32,000 nt of DNA from assembly GCA_002421785.1 (NCBI GenBank), contig DIRZ01000001.1, positions 169,142 to 201,141 on the forward strand. The letters are read 5' to 3'. Positions within the stretch are counted from its first letter, which is position 1; every line of letters begins with the position of its first letter. Shown one piece after another: positions 1 to 6,724 of the stretch. Both the position numbers and the translations under genes were made by a program. The DNA is from Candidatus Saccharimonadota bacterium. Lineage in GTDB: Bacteria > Patescibacteriota > Saccharimonadia > Saccharimonadales > Saccharimonadaceae. The notes beneath the pieces are model-generated. The model saw only the letters and a program-made list of their open reading frames with translations. It ran no database searches and had not been told where the DNA came from.

Positions 1-1
1 T

Positions 2-196
2 AATAATCTCTTCGTTGGTCGTTGTCTGTAAATTACCGTCGGTCTGAGGAACGTTACGCTCCGCAAGTGGCGCGCTATTCGTATACGTCATATACCAATA
101 CAATGCACTAGCAACCACTATACCAAGGGCCACAAGCACTCCAATCATCTTAGCTTTTGCCATAGACTTAGATCGATTCTTCTTCGCGTCGTTCAT
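2..196 (-). CDS. hypothetical small membrane-anchored protein (partial; 3' end runs off the window)
   Basis: Not in the ORF track because the window edge truncates it. ATG at 196-194 (minus) is preceded by AAGGAGGG (rc of 203-210). The frame is open to position 2. My translation is MNDAKKNRSKSMAKAKMIGVLVALGIVVASALYWYMTYTNSAPLAERN..., a basic N-terminus followed by one hydrophobic helix. Confidence 0.45.
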   Translation of the reverse strand, partial: MNDAKKNRSKSMAKAKMIGVLVALGIVVASALYWYMTYTNSAPLAERNVPQTDGNLQTTTNEEII

Positions 197-212
197 TTTT
201 ATCCCTCCTTTT

Positions 213-992
213 TTACAATGCGTCTGTGCCATTAATAATCGCGAACACATAGGTCGCAACCATAATACCTATCGTCAGCAGAATGGGCATAATGACATCG
301 GAACGGCGCACAGCGCCATGTTTGTGATAACTTGCGTATGCGCGCTCTGCGATAAAGCTATAGAGCGTTATGAATAACGCAAGCTGTGAGAACTGAATAA
401 GCTGGAACCCGGGAATAGGATAAGCCATCAAGTAGTGGAAGCCAATCCAGCCCATTTCAGCAAAAATTGCGCCCGAAACCAAGCTGTAAATATGCGTGTG
501 GGGCTCTTCATAGCTCCCCAGCACATGACGAGTTGAAACAAACCCAATCACCCACATGGCCAGAACAAATAGGAAGGCGTCCCACGAAAATGAGACCATA
601 GATAGCGCCGTAATTCCCAGAAAAATCGCACATCCAGCCTGCACAGCAACGTATGAACGCCGTGAACGCGGCTTAATGAAGAGCAGCCAAACGATATAAA
701 GTAATGTAATGGCAAACTGCAGCCACTGCGCACCTGATGCGCCGCAAAGGAGTACCACAATGCTGACGCCGACGATAATGTCGACCATATTCGCTACCAG
801 GTTAGCGAACCAGAAACGTGGACGAACCGCCAGGGCGCGCCACTTACTCATCAGCACCACGGCAAATGCTAGCCATGGAGACTGCACTGCTAACACGATA
901 ACAAGAAGCGTCACCGCCAGTCCGACATTCAGAGCAATATAAGCTGACTCGCTTAGTCGTGTTCGTCGTTTGTGTGCTTTCAACAAATCCAT
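213..992 (-). CDS. polytopic integral membrane protein, function unknown
   Basis: 259-aa ORF with about 7-8 hydrophobic segments. It starts 24 nt downstream of the LCP gene on the same strand. I recognise no catalytic motif. Confidence 0.6.
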   Translation of the reverse strand: MDLLKAHKRRTRLSESAYIALNVGLAVTLLVIVLAVQSPWLAFAVVLMSKWRALAVRPRFWFANLVANMVDIIVGVSIVVLLCGASGAQWLQFAITLLYIVWLLFIKPRSRRSYVAVQAGCAIFLGITALSMVSFSWDAFLFVLAMWVIGFVSTRHVLGSYEEPHTHIYSLVSGAIFAEMGWIGFHYLMAYPIPGFQLIQFSQLALFITLYSFIAERAYASYHKHGAVRRSDVIMPILLTIGIMVATYVFAIINGTDAL

Positions 993-1016
993 ATACTGTC
1001 CCGTATTATACCACAG

Positions 1017-2684
1017 TTACTGCGTCGATTCACTGCCGGCCGGAGGGTCGACGATAATCAACACGAAGTCGGTTGTTCCGAGGACAGTAACCGGAAGTTC
1101 CGTCGTCCGTACGACAGCCCCATACGTCTGCGTCAACTTTGCAAGCGACAGCGGCTGCTTTTTAGTTGGATCAACCTGGTACAGAATATTTTTCGTATAG
1201 GTTCCGCTCGCCGGAGCGTTATCGACATCATCAATCTCCATCCCAAGCGCCATCAATTTGTCTGCCTCTGTTTGCGCGACACCGGACACTCCAGATGCAT
1301 TCAGCACGATAACATGTGCTTCTTCGCGCGACAATGGACTCGAGTTGAGTGATTTTTTAATGAATGCCTGTATCTGAGTAAAGTTGTATCGACCAGCGAG
1401 CGGTTGCGCATCGCCACCTACCAAATCGTTATCGATGAGGCTGATACTTTGGATTGCCGTTGATGGGATATCAGTCCCTAGCGTCATAAGTGTTCGTATT
1501 TCACTTGTATCAAAGTTGGTACGCAGATTATTGCCCAGCGCATCAACAAGCCCCGTCACCTTACCAAAATTCGTTAGCGTCCCAGTACTCATCGCTTTGT
1601 CCTTGATTGCTACCAAAATCTTTTGCTGATTCTTTTCTCGTTCAAAGTTTGAGTTAGGGAATCCCCAGTTTTCCGCATCCCCACGCGCCTGCGCCAGATA
1701 TAGTGCGTGCTCTGCGTCAAGCTCGACTGGTCCGTTTGGATAATCGATAAAGTGTCCTCGTGGCGGACAGTTTTTTATACGCTTCGCATACGTATCGCCG
1801 CACTTCCAGTCAAAATTGGCATCCATTTGCCCCCTCGGATCAGGACTTTCAATCGTTACAGTAATACCACCAAGAGCCTTGACGACGTCGCGCATCACCG
1901 TATAGTTCACGTGCACACTGTACTGAATATCCAACCCCACGATATCACCAAAGAACTTGCGCGACTCCGCCTGGCGCTCGTCTTCCGCAGACGCACTATC
2001 CCAATCGTCGTTCACACACTGGAAGAATGCATTTACTTTACCTGCATAGCCAGGCAAACACGCTTGACCATATTTTGCCTCGAGGTCTCGGGGAATACTA
2101 ATCATATAGGCATTCTTATTCTTCTGATCCACACTCAGCACCATAATCGAGTCCGTAAGGTGCGCGCCCTCATGCCCCGGGTCATCTTCAGAGGTACCGA
2201 GAATCAAGATATTACTTCGTCCGTTGGCGTCCATTTTTAGTTCTTTTTGCTGAATGAGACCGAATACGTCACCTTTAAATACTGATCCGCCGGCAATCAA
2301 TGCTTTCACTCCCAGCCAGCCCGCCATCACCACGCCCACGAGCAGCAGTAATAAAATAATTCGCTTAACGATTTTGCCCCGACCCGGTCGCCCACCCCGA
2401 CGGGGGTTGCGTCGTGGAGTCTGCTTTTCAGCGTCGATATCACGAAGTGATTCGTCGATATCTGATCGTACGCTTGGCTGGGGACGCGAAAGTCCGCTGG
2501 TTGTTGGGGTAAGGGCGTTTGTCGTTATCGATTCGCGCGTATCTACAGGAGCAAGCGGCTCATGACGAACAAGCCCAGACACATCAGGGCGAGGTAGTGT
2601 CCTCCTGTCATGAACATGATGCTCCCCGATTACCCCCGGTGAGCGTCTAGGAATAAAGCCGTCGACTGATGGTTGTTTTGCCAT
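1017..2684 (-). CDS. LytR-CpsA-Psr (LCP) family cell-envelope polymer transferase with a LytR_C-like C-terminal domain
   Basis: A disordered basic N-terminus is followed by a single TM (IILLLLLVGVVMAGWLGV). The LCP core reads SNILILGTSEDD...HLTDSIMVLSVD...ISIPRDL. The C-terminal HVIVLNASGVSGVAQTEADKL resembles LytR_C. GGGAG SD lies before the ATG at 2684. Confidence 0.85.
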   Translation of the reverse strand: MAKQPSVDGFIPRRSPGVIGEHHVHDRRTLPRPDVSGLVRHEPLAPVDTRESITTNALTPTTSGLSRPQPSVRSDIDESLRDIDAEKQTPRRNPRRGGRPGRGKIVKRIILLLLLVGVVMAGWLGVKALIAGGSVFKGDVFGLIQQKELKMDANGRSNILILGTSEDDPGHEGAHLTDSIMVLSVDQKNKNAYMISIPRDLEAKYGQACLPGYAGKVNAFFQCVNDDWDSASAEDERQAESRKFFGDIVGLDIQYSVHVNYTVMRDVVKALGGITVTIESPDPRGQMDANFDWKCGDTYAKRIKNCPPRGHFIDYPNGPVELDAEHALYLAQARGDAENWGFPNSNFEREKNQQKILVAIKDKAMSTGTLTNFGKVTGLVDALGNNLRTNFDTSEIRTLMTLGTDIPSTAIQSISLIDNDLVGGDAQPLAGRYNFTQIQAFIKKSLNSSPLSREEAHVIVLNASGVSGVAQTEADKLMALGMEIDDVDNAPASGTYTKNILYQVDPTKKQPLSLAKLTQTYGAVVRTTELPVTVLGTTDFVLIIVDPPAGSESTQ

Positions 2685-2779
2685 ATACTCCCATCACTAT
2701 ATCCGATTTGAGCCGAAAATGGAACGTTTGCGCTCATGTCTTTTTGTATTTCCACCCACGTAGCTGTATAGTAGAAGGA

Positions 2780-3391
2780 ATGGAAGCAGGCTTTCTTGAT
2801 CGCCACCCTCACGTACGAGACATACTCAATTTTTTTGTGTTTATTGTCATCGTCTTCATTGGCACAGTCATCATCAACACTTTCGTGTTCCGTAGCTTTT
2901 CCGTTTCCGGTCATAGCATGGATTACACTCTTCACGACGGCGAACGACTCATCGTCAACCGCATCCCCCTAACAGTCGACCAGTTACAAAATAAAACCTA
3001 CCAGCCCGATCGAGGTCAGATTATTGTTTTCAAGAATCCGCGCTTTGTTCAGGGAGACCGCGACGAATATATCGTCAAACGAGTTATCGCCTTTGCCGGC
3101 GAACGCGTTACTGTAACCGACGGCGTACTAACTGTCTTCAACGCCGAGCACCCGGACGGCTTTCAGCCTGATGAAGCCTACCGAAAGGATGGCTACGGTC
3201 CGCAATCACCTTCTAGTGGCGAAGGGACGGATATGATTGTCCCTGATGGCACTATTTTTGTGAGCGGCGACAACAGAATAGGCACAAACTCCTACGATTC
3301 ACGCACTGGCCTTGGCACTATCCCGCTTTTTGACGTTGTTGGGCCAGTATCACTGCGCATATGGCCAGTAACCAAATTCAGCGCGTTCTAA
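2780..3391 (+). CDS. lepB: signal peptidase I
   Basis: An N-terminal TM is followed by the SGHSM catalytic-Ser box and GDNRxxSxDSR near the C-terminus. I moved the start to the ATG at 2780 (MEAGFLD...) because the track start at 2669 would overlap the divergent LCP gene start. Confidence 0.85.
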   Translation: MEAGFLDRHPHVRDILNFFVFIVIVFIGTVIINTFVFRSFSVSGHSMDYTLHDGERLIVNRIPLTVDQLQNKTYQPDRGQIIVFKNPRFVQGDRDEYIVKRVIAFAGERVTVTDGVLTVFNAEHPDGFQPDEAYRKDGYGPQSPSSGEGTDMIVPDGTIFVSGDNRIGTNSYDSRTGLGTIPLFDVVGPVSLRIWPVTKFSAF

Positions 3392-4275
3392 CCAAGCAGT
3401 TTTGAAATACGCTGGAACTCGCTGTCATTTTTGAATTTAATGACAATTTGTCCCGCGCCTTTTGCGCTCGTACGAATCTCAACTGGTGCAGCAAATCGCT
3501 TCTGAAGGAGCGACGTCTCGCTAGTATATTTAGCTGGCCTTGCTGTTGGCTTCTCGGGTGACGCCTCACCCTGCTTTTTCAATCGAGCGATGTATTGCTC
3601 AACTGCGCGCGAACTCCACTCTTCCTTTAGGATAACCGGCAGTAGCTTTTCGATCGTCGCCTCGTCGACATTCACCAGTGGCCTTGCCTGCCCCTCATGT
3701 AATCGCCCGTCTGCTAGCGCTTCGCGTACAATCACGGGAAGCCGTAAGAGCCGTAGCGTGTTGCTGACGGCAGCAACCGATTTACCGCCCACTCGTTGCC
3801 CGATCTGATCGAGCGTTAAGTTAAACTGATCGCGTAGTTTCAAATATGCCGTGGCTGTTTCTAGCACGTTCAAATCACGTCGTTGCAAATTTTCAATCAG
3901 TGATAGCTCGAGCTTATGCTGATTGGTGAGAGTACGTACAAGTGCGGGAATCTTATCGAGTCCTGCGCGCTTGGCGGCGTGGAATCGGCGCTCACCAGCA
4001 ACAATCATATAGCCGTTCTCATGAGGCGTCACTACAATTGGCTGCAGTATACCGTGTTCACGAATAGATTCTGCGAGCTCCTCAAGTGACACTTCCTCGA
4101 AGGTCCTCCGTGGCTGATCTGGGTCCGGCGTAATTTGCTCGAGCTTCAAGTGCCGCAAATCGCTGACCTGCTCATCTTGCGCTGCCGTCGGGTCGAATTC
4201 TTCGTCAAGCAGTTCAGTAGGTATTAATGAGTCAAAGCCTCGACCGAGGCCCATTTTTTTAGCCGACACGTTCAA
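3388..4275 (-). CDS. parB: ParB/Spo0J chromosome partitioning protein
   Basis: GLGRGFDSLIP N-terminal box, IVAGERRFHAAKRAGL ParB box and an HTH region. It overlaps the parA 3' end by 17 nt. Confidence 0.9.
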   Translation of the reverse strand: MNVSAKKMGLGRGFDSLIPTELLDEEFDPTAAQDEQVSDLRHLKLEQITPDPDQPRRTFEEVSLEELAESIREHGILQPIVVTPHENGYMIVAGERRFHAAKRAGLDKIPALVRTLTNQHKLELSLIENLQRRDLNVLETATAYLKLRDQFNLTLDQIGQRVGGKSVAAVSNTLRLLRLPVIVREALADGRLHEGQARPLVNVDEATIEKLLPVILKEEWSSRAVEQYIARLKKQGEASPEKPTARPAKYTSETSLLQKRFAAPVEIRTSAKGAGQIVIKFKNDSEFQRISKLLG

Positions 4276-5023
4276 TCACCTCCTTGGTTACAGCCTTGTA
4301 TGCGCGTGCGCCTTTGCTAAATCGATCATACACACCGATAGGCACGCCATGGCTTGGCGCTTCAGCCAAGCGGACATTGCGTGGAATGGTATTCTTAAAT
4401 ACCTTCGCTGGGAAATGTTTACTAATTTCAGCAAGCACCTGGCTCGAAAGCGAAGTGCGGCTATCAACCATGGTCGGCAGGACACCCACCAAATCAAGTG
4501 TCGGGTTGAGATTCTTGCGAATCAGCTTCATGGTCTCAAGCAGCTGCCCTAGCCCCTCGAGCGCGTAAAACTCCGCCTGTACGGGCAATAGCACATAACG
4601 CGCCGCAATAAGCCCATTCACGGTGAGCAGGCTCAAGCTCGGTGGACTATCGATGATAATAAAGTCAAATTCCCTTGGGCAGTTCTGAATAGCAAATTTA
4701 AGCCGACTAAAGCGATGGTTCGCCTGAGCAAGCTCCACCTCGGTATTCGCAAGTGTGGGGGTCGACGGAGCTAGCCACAAATCCTTGTGCTCAGTTGCAA
4801 TAATTACGTCCGCGAGCTGCTTTTCGTTCAGCACGACATCCGCCATCGTTGCTTCAAGCGACTGCTTGTCAACACCGAGCCCGCTCGTCGCATTTCCTTG
4901 AGGGTCAAAATCAATCAGTAGCGTGCGTTTGCCCATTTTCGACAGATAGTAAGCAATGTTAATCGACGATGTCGTCTTGCCCACGCCGCCCTTTTGATTT
5001 GTCACTGCAATAATTGTTGACAC
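4259..5023 (-). CDS. parA: ParA/Soj partitioning ATPase
   Basis: Deviant Walker A NQKGGVGKTTSS, plus IIDSPPS and a Soj-like C-terminus. GTG start at 5023. Confidence 0.9.
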   Translation of the reverse strand: MSTIIAVTNQKGGVGKTTSSINIAYYLSKMGKRTLLIDFDPQGNATSGLGVDKQSLEATMADVVLNEKQLADVIIATEHKDLWLAPSTPTLANTEVELAQANHRFSRLKFAIQNCPREFDFIIIDSPPSLSLLTVNGLIAARYVLLPVQAEFYALEGLGQLLETMKLIRKNLNPTLDLVGVLPTMVDSRTSLSSQVLAEISKHFPAKVFKNTIPRNVRLAEAPSHGVPIGVYDRFSKGARAYKAVTKEVIERVG

Positions 5024-5090
5024 TACTATTTATTTCCCCTTATTTATTCCCATTATACTACACCATGAGCATATTTGTTTTCACGGGGCT

Positions 5091-5119
5091 ACAAACAAAA
5101 ACCCGCCTGTGCGGCGGGG
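5091..5119 (-). terminator. intrinsic terminator after rplU
   Basis: Minus strand reads CCCGCC-GCACA-GGCGGG followed by TTTTTGTTTG. Confidence 0.5.
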
Positions 5120-5126
5120 TTCTTGG

Positions 5127-5432
5127 CTATTTGATTGAAGTAACTTCGATTTTTGTATACTTCTGGCGGTGGCCCGTTTGGGTGTTCACGCGTTTTTTAC
5201 TCTTGTATCGAATAATACGGAGCTTTTCGCCTGCGACCTTAGGGTCAACAACTTTTGCTTTAAGCTTTACGCCCTTGACTACAGGTGTACCAACAGTGAC
5301 ATTGTCACCATCAATCACCATGAGTACGTCGAGATCGAGCTCTTTTGTGCCTTCAGGGAGGAGGTCCACCATGAGGGTCTCTTTTTCAGCAACAACATAT
5401 TGCTTGCCACTGATTTTCACGACTGCTTTCAT
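5127..5432 (-). CDS. rplU: 50S ribosomal protein L21
   Basis: MKAVVKISGKQYVVAEKETLMVD... is a typical L21 N-terminus, and the protein is 101 aa. AAGGAAAT SD. Confidence 0.9.
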   Translation of the reverse strand: MKAVVKISGKQYVVAEKETLMVDLLPEGTKELDLDVLMVIDGDNVTVGTPVVKGVKLKAKVVDPKVAGEKLRIIRYKSKKRVNTQTGHRQKYTKIEVTSIK

Positions 5433-5465
5433 ATATTTCCTTGATTATTAACGTTTCAACTAATT

Positions 5466-5494
5466 ATTGTAACAGAGACGTGGGCCTTTTTCAA
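5466..5494 (-). promoter_or_regulatory. sigma-70-type promoter for rplU
   Basis: Minus strand reads TTGAAA, 17 nt, TACAAT with an upstream TGT (extended -10). Confidence 0.45.
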
Positions 5495-5510
5495 GCCCAT
5501 ACCTCGCCTG

Positions 5511-5756
5511 CTAGTCTTCGGCGAAATCAAACCAATCTGGGTCTTTTTTCAAATCATCTTCGACCGTTGTCCAAAAATCATCAAGCCCCTGAACATCCGG
5601 CGTGTTATCAAGAGTCCAGTTTGCATCATCATGATCGTGCTCAATTGCCCCTATGAGCTCATCACTCTCACTGCGCACCGGACTTAACTCAAGGTGAGAG
5701 GTAGAATGCAGCTGGTGCGGAACGGGGAGATGAAAGTTATGATTTATTTTTAACAT
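5511..5756 (-). CDS. hypothetical small acidic protein
   Basis: 81-aa ORF with a very acidic C-terminal half (...DDFWTTVEDDLKKDPDWFDFAED). There is no convincing SD. It lies directly downstream of a good promoter (5785-5813). No family recognised. Confidence 0.4.
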   Translation of the reverse strand: MLKINHNFHLPVPHQLHSTSHLELSPVRSESDELIGAIEHDHDDANWTLDNTPDVQGLDDFWTTVEDDLKKDPDWFDFAED

Positions 5757-5784
5757 GTGTTTGTTTTCTACTATTCCTAATAGT

Positions 5785-5813
5785 ATTTAAGCACAAACAC
5801 TACAAAAAGTCAA
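5785..5813 (-). promoter_or_regulatory. promoter P1 (conserved-spacer class)
   Basis: Minus strand reads TTGACT-TTTTGTAGTGTTTGTGC-TTAAAT. It sits 5 nt after the PspC stop codon. Confidence 0.5.
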
Positions 5814-5818
5814 GAGAA

Positions 5819-6007
5819 CTACGGCTCTTCGGGAATCACAACCCACAGCACGAGGTATGGCAACAGGCCTGGCAGCCCACCAGGCAGCAGCATCAAAACG
5901 AAAACGACACGCACGATAGTAGGGTCGATATTGAAATACCTTCCTAGCCCTCCACATATCCCGGCGATTTTACGGTCAGTTTTTGAACGATATAATGTCT
6001 TTGCCAT
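5819..6007 (-). CDS. PspC-domain membrane protein
   Basis: YRSKTDRKIAGICGGLGRYFNIDPTIVRVVFVL is the PspC domain signature, followed by one TM. 62 aa. Confidence 0.8.
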   Translation of the reverse strand: MAKTLYRSKTDRKIAGICGGLGRYFNIDPTIVRVVFVLMLLPGGLPGLLPYLVLWVVIPEEP

Positions 6008-6017
6008 AGCAACTCCT

Positions 6018-6719
6018 TTATTCCATTATACAGCGTTCGACAAACGCACGGTACATGTGCACACCGGTCAGGTCTGACTCGGGGTGCCACTGCATACCAA
6101 AATGCCAATCTCCCACTTTTGCCGCTTCCACGATACCATCTTTCGTCGTTGCGCACACATCAACGCCGCGCCCCAGACGGCCAATTGCTTGGTGGTGACG
6201 CGATGCGACCATGCGCGATGCCCCAGCCTCGATTCCCAAAAAGTTTTTCTCAAAAAATACTTCATGCTCTACCCTATCATGGCCAACATTTTCGCCAAAC
6301 TCCGTATCAATATCCTGCACTAACGAACCCCCATAGTGAATATTTAGCCGCTGAAGACCATAGCATATGCCGAGGATTGGCATTTTATGCTCGTCGCACG
6401 CTTCGATGATACGCTTCTCCCACTCGAAGCGCTCTACTGGCTCAATATTACGAATCTCTTTAATGGGTTGCTCGTTATATAATCGCGGGTCGATGTCGTC
6501 ACCACCCGAAATAACAATGCCGTTACATAGCTCAAGCACATGCTCGATACTCATTTCTGGTGACAGAATGAGCGGGACTGCACCGACCTGTGCAAATGCG
6601 TGCAAATAATCACGCCGTATATATACGCGCTGCACCCCAGGACCGCCAGCAGAAATAACCGTACCATCATCCATCGATGGAATAATACCGATAATTGGAA
6701 GTGAGACAGTCGTCGCCAT
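6018..6719 (-). CDS. class I glutamine amidotransferase-like / peptidase C26 (gamma-glutamyl hydrolase type)
   Basis: Nucleophile elbow ILGICYGLQ, plus QWHPE near the C-terminus. It begins 6 nt downstream of ileS. Confidence 0.8.
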   Translation of the reverse strand: MATTVSLPIIGIIPSMDDGTVISAGGPGVQRVYIRRDYLHAFAQVGAVPLILSPEMSIEHVLELCNGIVISGGDDIDPRLYNEQPIKEIRNIEPVERFEWEKRIIEACDEHKMPILGICYGLQRLNIHYGGSLVQDIDTEFGENVGHDRVEHEVFFEKNFLGIEAGASRMVASRHHQAIGRLGRGVDVCATTKDGIVEAAKVGDWHFGMQWHPESDLTGVHMYRAFVERCIME

Positions 6720-6724
6720 GAGCC

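Noticed and set aside
3388-5126. A possible replication origin or parS sites near parAB.
   Set aside because: I searched by eye for GTTTCACGTGAAAC-like parS palindromes and TTATCCACA DnaA boxes. I found only isolated CACGTG cores (for example near 8366 and 1908) without the flanking half-sites, and no DnaA-box cluster. There is no dnaA, dnaN or gidB nearby, so I make no origin claim.
5014-5451. 145-aa and 91-aa plus-strand ORFs antisense to rplU and the parA promoter and terminator region.
   Set aside because: They are antisense to a clearly recognisable L21 gene and cross its terminator. They have low-complexity hydrophobic composition.
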